DNA from: Pseudomonadota bacterium
GTDB lineage: Bacteria; Bdellovibrionota; UBA1018
Reading direction: 5' to 3'
Assembly (NCBI GenBank): GCA_027485695.1
Contig: JAIXQO010000009.1
Location: forward strand, 73,157 to 137,156
Length of the DNA: 64,000 bases
Part shown: one piece after another, positions 59,819 through 64,000 of the stretch
How positions within the stretch are numbered: position 1 is the first letter of the stretch
How the letters are laid out: each line of letters opens with the position of its first letter
Program-made: the position numbers and the translations under genes
Notes under the pieces: model-generated
What the model saw: only the letters and a program-made list of their open reading frames with translations
What the model was told of the DNA's origin: nothing
Databases searched by the model: none

Positions 59819-60450
59819 TTCAGGGCCAGAACAAGATCATCGCGGACAAAAAATTGGGAAATATTTTCGCCGGCCCCAACACCGACACGTATGTCTCTCC
59901 GCTGCCTTCGGAGCGCCCGGACGGATGTCATTTTGGCGAGTCGGTTTACACCAAGGTCGCAAAACTCTGGAGTGACTCGCTATCAAATACATTTTTCTCC
60001 GGTAGCTCGCCATTCATACCCAGTGCACCGACAGGAACTCGCCCTGGACTCATGATTGGGCTCGATGAAAGCGCACGTGCAGAGAACTCCGCATGGATAG
60101 AGTCCCAAGACCCCGGAGCCGAATCCAAACTCGCTGGATTTTCAACGGTCGTTCAAGTCCTCGATACACTCGATCATTCCAGCTCCGCTCCCGAATTTGC
60201 TATCTCCATCGGACCTGTTCCCGTTCTGAATGGAGAGGCAACACTCTGGATCTCAAGCGATCCAGCGCGGGATTTCACCTACCAAATCTACAATCAGGCC
60301 GGCCAAGAGGTTTTAACTGCCAGCGGCTCAACGACGAGCGAGCTCACCGAAGTGCCCATGAATCTCAGCCGCCTAAGTCCGGGTATGTACATCGTACAAG
60401 TCGAGCTCAATCAAAAAGTTCAGCGCAAAAAAATCGTCGTCTTGAACTAG
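59815..60450 (+). CDS. C-terminal part of the same esterase with T9SS-CTD-like tail
   Basis: GPNTD..., RPDGCHF (DxxH), tail PVPVLNG...IYNQAGQEV...LSPGMYIVQV...RKKIVVLN. Confidence 0.8.
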   Translation: MIQGQNKIIADKKLGNIFAGPNTDTYVSPLPSERPDGCHFGESVYTKVAKLWSDSLSNTFFSGSSPFIPSAPTGTRPGLMIGLDESARAENSAWIESQDPGAESKLAGFSTVVQVLDTLDHSSSAPEFAISIGPVPVLNGEATLWISSDPARDFTYQIYNQAGQEVLTASGSTTSELTEVPMNLSRLSPGMYIVQVELNQKVQRKKIVVLN

Positions 60451-60455
60451 TCTAA

Positions 60456-61709
60456 CTACTCAACGACGAGCCTCGAGCCAGGGTAATAAAAATCCAGAAC
60501 TCGCCGATAATCCCATTGATAGAGTGGACCTGTCAGAATCCAGGCCCCCGTCTGACTCATGCCGACGCCATGCCCCCACCCTCGGCCTTGAACTTGAAGA
60601 TCGGTCGTGCTCGGATTCACCGAGAAAAACCGACTTTTGAGGCGATGAGTCGTGACGAATGTGGCGACTGATTCACGGAACACGATCCCTTGAGCCGTTT
60701 GATAACGTATCTCAAGCGGACGTCCGCCGTCTGTCGTAGCAGACTGAGAGACACTCGCATCTATCACGCGATCATCAGCGCTGATCTTGCCCGCAACTTT
60801 CAACCGATTCGTGAGCACATCCCAAGTGATCTGAACGCTCCACTCGCTCATCGGACTCTCCGAATCCAAGAACGGTTCTCGGCGAGCGGCACAATACGTC
60901 AGCGGCGTTCCGAAGTAACTCGCAGAACTCTCGGTCACCCCGCCTGCATCATCCGAAAAAAATGCCGCAACTAAACCCGAACCAAATCGAAGAATCTCGC
61001 CTTGCGTCTCTAGCACTGCTCGGTCAGAACGCGGATCCACTCGACGCAATCCCTGATAAGCTTGAAAACGAACCGTATCATCGATATCAAAATCGCCGAG
61101 CGCCTCACCGGGCACGCCCGGTGGCAAATAGCCCAGAGCATAAGTCCGCGCGGCAACCGCTTGAACCTTGAGCGCTTCGACTCCCCAATTCACGTCCATC
61201 TCCGTGGGCACCACTCCACGCAAGTAGGCCTCCATCGAGACGCGGTTGACGGCCTGAATAAACGATGCGCCGGTTGCATCCCGGGCCGTCACGACATCGA
61301 TCTCGCCTTCATATGCATAACTTTTTAGTCCCGCTTCGCGCTCGACCCAGATGGGTGATTGGCACCTCAAACGAAAATTCACAAACCCACCGACCACAAG
61401 GGATTCATCCACCATCGGTTCGGGAGTCGTTGATGCGACCGTGATCCGTTCGCAGGGACCTGCCGAGCGAATGCGCAGTTCTCGGGTCTTACGATCTTCA
61501 CCATGTGGAGTGACGTAACGTCCTACATGAGGAAAAACGCGCACCCGTACCAGAGCCGGAATCGCCGCGTGAGAGGACCGTGCCAATAGAACTAAACTCG
61601 GTTCATGAAAAACCGGCAAATAAGTGGGCTCGGCAACCGCCGATGCGCTCCCCAGCAAACTGCCCAGCAAAACCCATCCAGGGAAACTTAAACTCTTCCG
61701 TGATTGCAT
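60456..61709 (-). CDS. SpoIID/LytB-domain protein
   Basis: EAYLRGVVPTEM, EALKVQAVAARTYA, DDTVRFQAYQG, GRGWGHGVGMSQTGA, LDFYYPG. Confidence 0.93.
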   Translation of the reverse strand: MQSRKSLSFPGWVLLGSLLGSASAVAEPTYLPVFHEPSLVLLARSSHAAIPALVRVRVFPHVGRYVTPHGEDRKTRELRIRSAGPCERITVASTTPEPMVDESLVVGGFVNFRLRCQSPIWVEREAGLKSYAYEGEIDVVTARDATGASFIQAVNRVSMEAYLRGVVPTEMDVNWGVEALKVQAVAARTYALGYLPPGVPGEALGDFDIDDTVRFQAYQGLRRVDPRSDRAVLETQGEILRFGSGLVAAFFSDDAGGVTESSASYFGTPLTYCAARREPFLDSESPMSEWSVQITWDVLTNRLKVAGKISADDRVIDASVSQSATTDGGRPLEIRYQTAQGIVFRESVATFVTTHRLKSRFFSVNPSTTDLQVQGRGWGHGVGMSQTGAWILTGPLYQWDYRRVLDFYYPGSRLVVE

Positions 61710-61817
61710 AGGACTATTAAATCAAAGATCGAACCATTCTGCCAACGACCTACTGATTCTCAGAGCAACTGCATTCGTATTGCGGTGGGGATCGGTTCGA
61801 CGTTACTCTCAATAGGC

Positions 61818-62420
61818 ATGGAAACAATGTTCCGAGCGTCGCTCTTCTTGGTAGCCATTCTGTGTTTGATTCCTTCATCAACGCGAGCAGAGGTAGGCGC
61901 ATTCGGTATTGTCCCGCCCTACCTCCAGGCCCCAGTAGAAAACAGCACGATCCGAGGTAGCCGATTTAGTCTGGGATGGGCTCGCCACCGCAAGGTGGTT
62001 GGCTGGGATATCGGCTTGATCGGAAATATGACGACCACGACATTCATCGGGATCGGAACGTCCGGGATTTTCAACGAAACATACGGTGATACCTACATTG
62101 TACCGCTGCAACTTGCAGGACTGTGGAACCGTAACACCGGATCATTATACGTATTTGGTCTCCAGATTGCTGCCGGTATGAACATCACCGGCAAGTCCGG
62201 GAAAATTTTTGGATTACAGATTGCTGGAATCGCGAATCGAGGACCAAACGATATCTACGGAGTTCAGGCCGCACTCTACAACGAAGCTCGTCGGGTTTAC
62301 GGATTTCAAATCGGCGCCGTCAACATCACCGAAGAACTCCATGGAATCCAGATCGGCGTGATCAACGTTCACAAGAAGGGCTTGCTCAAGTTCTTTCCAA
62401 TTGTGAACGTGTCGTTCTGA
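61818..62420 (+). CDS. LA_2272-like repeat surface protein
   Basis: Signal peptide, repeated G[LVFI]Q[IL][AG]G..N units, C-terminal FFPIVNVSF. Confidence 0.8.
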   Translation: METMFRASLFLVAILCLIPSSTRAEVGAFGIVPPYLQAPVENSTIRGSRFSLGWARHRKVVGWDIGLIGNMTTTTFIGIGTSGIFNETYGDTYIVPLQLAGLWNRNTGSLYVFGLQIAAGMNITGKSGKIFGLQIAGIANRGPNDIYGVQAALYNEARRVYGFQIGAVNITEELHGIQIGVINVHKKGLLKFFPIVNVSF

Positions 62421-62503
62421 CCGTATCGCGGTCCTAAATGCTTGCAGATGAAGGTTTCGCCAAATTTATGAAATCTTGATCCGCCTTTTGAGATCCTAGA
62501 TCC

Positions 62504-62770
62504 ATGAAAACATGGGTATTTGAAATCATAGGAAATCATGCGTCCGTCTACATTGTGAGCGGCCTCACTGGAGCCGCGATTCTCTATCGACAAATTCGTT
62601 ACCGTTGCTCGACTGCCACAGGATTTACAGAACAACACCACAATTTCTTAAAATATATTTCCAGAGAAATTGCGATCGCCGAAGCACCAGGTACAAACGC
62701 TCGCTGTCGAATTCGAGGCACCCAGAGTGACATCAAACGCATTCAAGAGCTCTTGATCAAGTCAAGCTAG
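62504..62770 (+). CDS. Small hypothetical protein
   Basis: 88-aa ORF with one hydrophobic segment. No family recognised. Confidence 0.4.
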   Translation: MKTWVFEIIGNHASVYIVSGLTGAAILYRQIRYRCSTATGFTEQHHNFLKYISREIAIAEAPGTNARCRIRGTQSDIKRIQELLIKSS

Positions 62771-62776
62771 ACGATT

Positions 62777-62843
62777 CGAATCGCATCCAGCGGATTCTTG
62801 AACTCGCCCGCTAGCTCCGGACGCCTCAAGCAGGACCGCAGAA
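62777..62843 (-). pseudogene. Displaced fragment of a radD allele
   Basis: 55/67 nt identical to 63670-63736. Encodes [21 protein letters not shown] versus [21 protein letters not shown]. Confidence 0.8.
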
Positions 62844-62960
62844 GGCGCTAGTTACTTGAATGTAACCGGCTATTTCACAAAGAATGTTGACTGCGAATGA
62901 CATCAAATTAGACTTAAAAGACTCGTTCACAATACCGTGATCAAAAAAGAAGGCCCCTCA

Positions 62961-63503
62961 ATGAGAACATATACGTCTCTGTTGAAGTTGTTTTGCGTAA
63001 CCACCTGTGTATTCGCTCAATTTTTGATTGTTTCAAATGCTACGGCCAACGATGTCGACTGGACTAAAAAACTCGACAACACCCAAAAACACATCGACCT
63101 ATACACAAAAAGTCGCCAAAAAAACGAACTCTGGTCGGTTCAAATCACTTTCAATCGCGATTCACTAGGCGGGGCAGCGAAATTCTGCGCAGTGGAACAC
63201 TACTACTGCTCCACAGAGAAATCGAATATAGACAGCTTCGTGAAGAACTTCGTCGATCGAGTTTTCTTGATGAATATCGCTGGCCGAAAAAAGGCTACAA
63301 AACATCCGGAAATCTGGGCACCCATTCAGAAAGTCCAAAAAATCGAATTTGTGAATGGAACGGAAAAGAAAGTGGAACTCCAAGGCGGAAATCTCTTCGT
63401 CACTGTCGATTGGACTTCAGCTCCCTACAAAGCAACGAATGGCAACATTCCCGATGAAGACTTTTATGTTGCAGAAGTCAAGAAGGCGATCCAAGCGAAA
63501 TAG
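62961..63503 (+). CDS. Hypothetical secreted protein
   Basis: Signal peptide ending ATA. 180 aa. Confidence 0.75.
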   Translation: MRTYTSLLKLFCVTTCVFAQFLIVSNATANDVDWTKKLDNTQKHIDLYTKSRQKNELWSVQITFNRDSLGGAAKFCAVEHYYCSTEKSNIDSFVKNFVDRVFLMNIAGRKKATKHPEIWAPIQKVQKIEFVNGTEKKVELQGGNLFVTVDWTSAPYKATNGNIPDEDFYVAEVKKAIQAK

Positions 63504-63526
63504 CCACCTGCACCGAATGATTTCAT

Positions 63527-63563
63527 AGGGCAAAAAGACCTACAAAATAGGTCTTTTTGCCCT
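63527..63563. terminator. Bidirectional terminator between convergent genes
   Basis: AGGGCAAAAAGACCTA-CAAAA-TAGGTCTTTTTGCCCT is a perfect 16-bp stem. Confidence 0.85.
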
Positions 63564-63572
63564 TTCTATTTT

Positions 63573-64000
63573 TCATAACTCTTCGGCAAACACCTTCTCG
63601 GTCACCTTCCAGAATTTTTCTTGTTTGCGTGCGATCACGAAGGCCGGCAATCGAAAAAGTTTTTGATATCGAATAGCATCCAGAGGGCTTTTGAACTCAC
63701 CCGCTAGCTCCGGACGCCTTAAATGGGATCTCAGAAAATTAATGTGAAATTTCTTAAGCGATGATGGGTTTCCAAAAAAATGGGCCTCACTCAGGTAGCG
63801 ACCATCGTGATCGTAGTAACGGATCTCTAAGTACGAATTCGAATTCTTGTCGGAACGCTCTTCGAACGTAATGCGATCGGGCGTCATGACGTGCGCATTT
63901 TTTGAAAGCTTGGCTTGTTTGAGTTTCGCGTCCGCATCGATCAAGGCTGCGTCACACTTCTCACAAGCCCGGGCAGTGATATCATTCTCGGTCCCGCAGG
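63573..64000 (-). CDS. radD: RadD/YejH DNA-repair helicase, C-terminal part (5' end outside window)
   Basis: [15 protein letters not shown] zinc ribbon, [28 protein letters not shown]. Confidence 0.85.
   Translation of the reverse strand, partial: CGTENDITARACEKCDAALIDADAKLKQAKLSKNAHVMTPDRITFEERSDKNSNSYLEIRYYDHDGRYLSEAHFFGNPSSLKKFHINFLRSHLRRPELAGEFKSPLDAIRYQKLFRLPAFVIARKQEKFWKVTEKVFAEEL

Overview
Bacterial chromosomal window, most likely from a Bdellovibrionota/Oligoflexia-like organism. That assignment is inference, based on two TIGR02147-type regulators, many orphan secreted proteins and the M23-secA neighbourhood. Core anchors are secA (7020-9887), the tmRNA gene ssrA (15945-16295, tag ANDNYAMAA), a SWIM-SNF2 helicase, dusC, a DEAD-box helicase and the 3' end of radD. 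Most of the rest is accessory. The most unusual structure lies downstream of ssrA: copies of the tmRNA 3' end alternate in orientation, separated by a terminator hairpin and a multi-hairpin linker that shows compensatory base changes. Eroded copies of this unit recur at about 17.8, 18.5, 24.9 and 26.2 kb between cargo genes, and a 16/17-nt att-like copy sits at 35052-35068. I found no integrase or transposase in the window. Other notable items are an RND permease fused to a TolC-type channel with no adaptor gene, two TIGR02147 + GGxxGGD secreted-protein modules, two proteins with T9SS-like C-terminal tails (one frameshifted), a BpsAB-like type III PKS locus, and a displaced, synonymously diverged radD fragment. 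Family names come from recognising motifs by eye; no database search was run.
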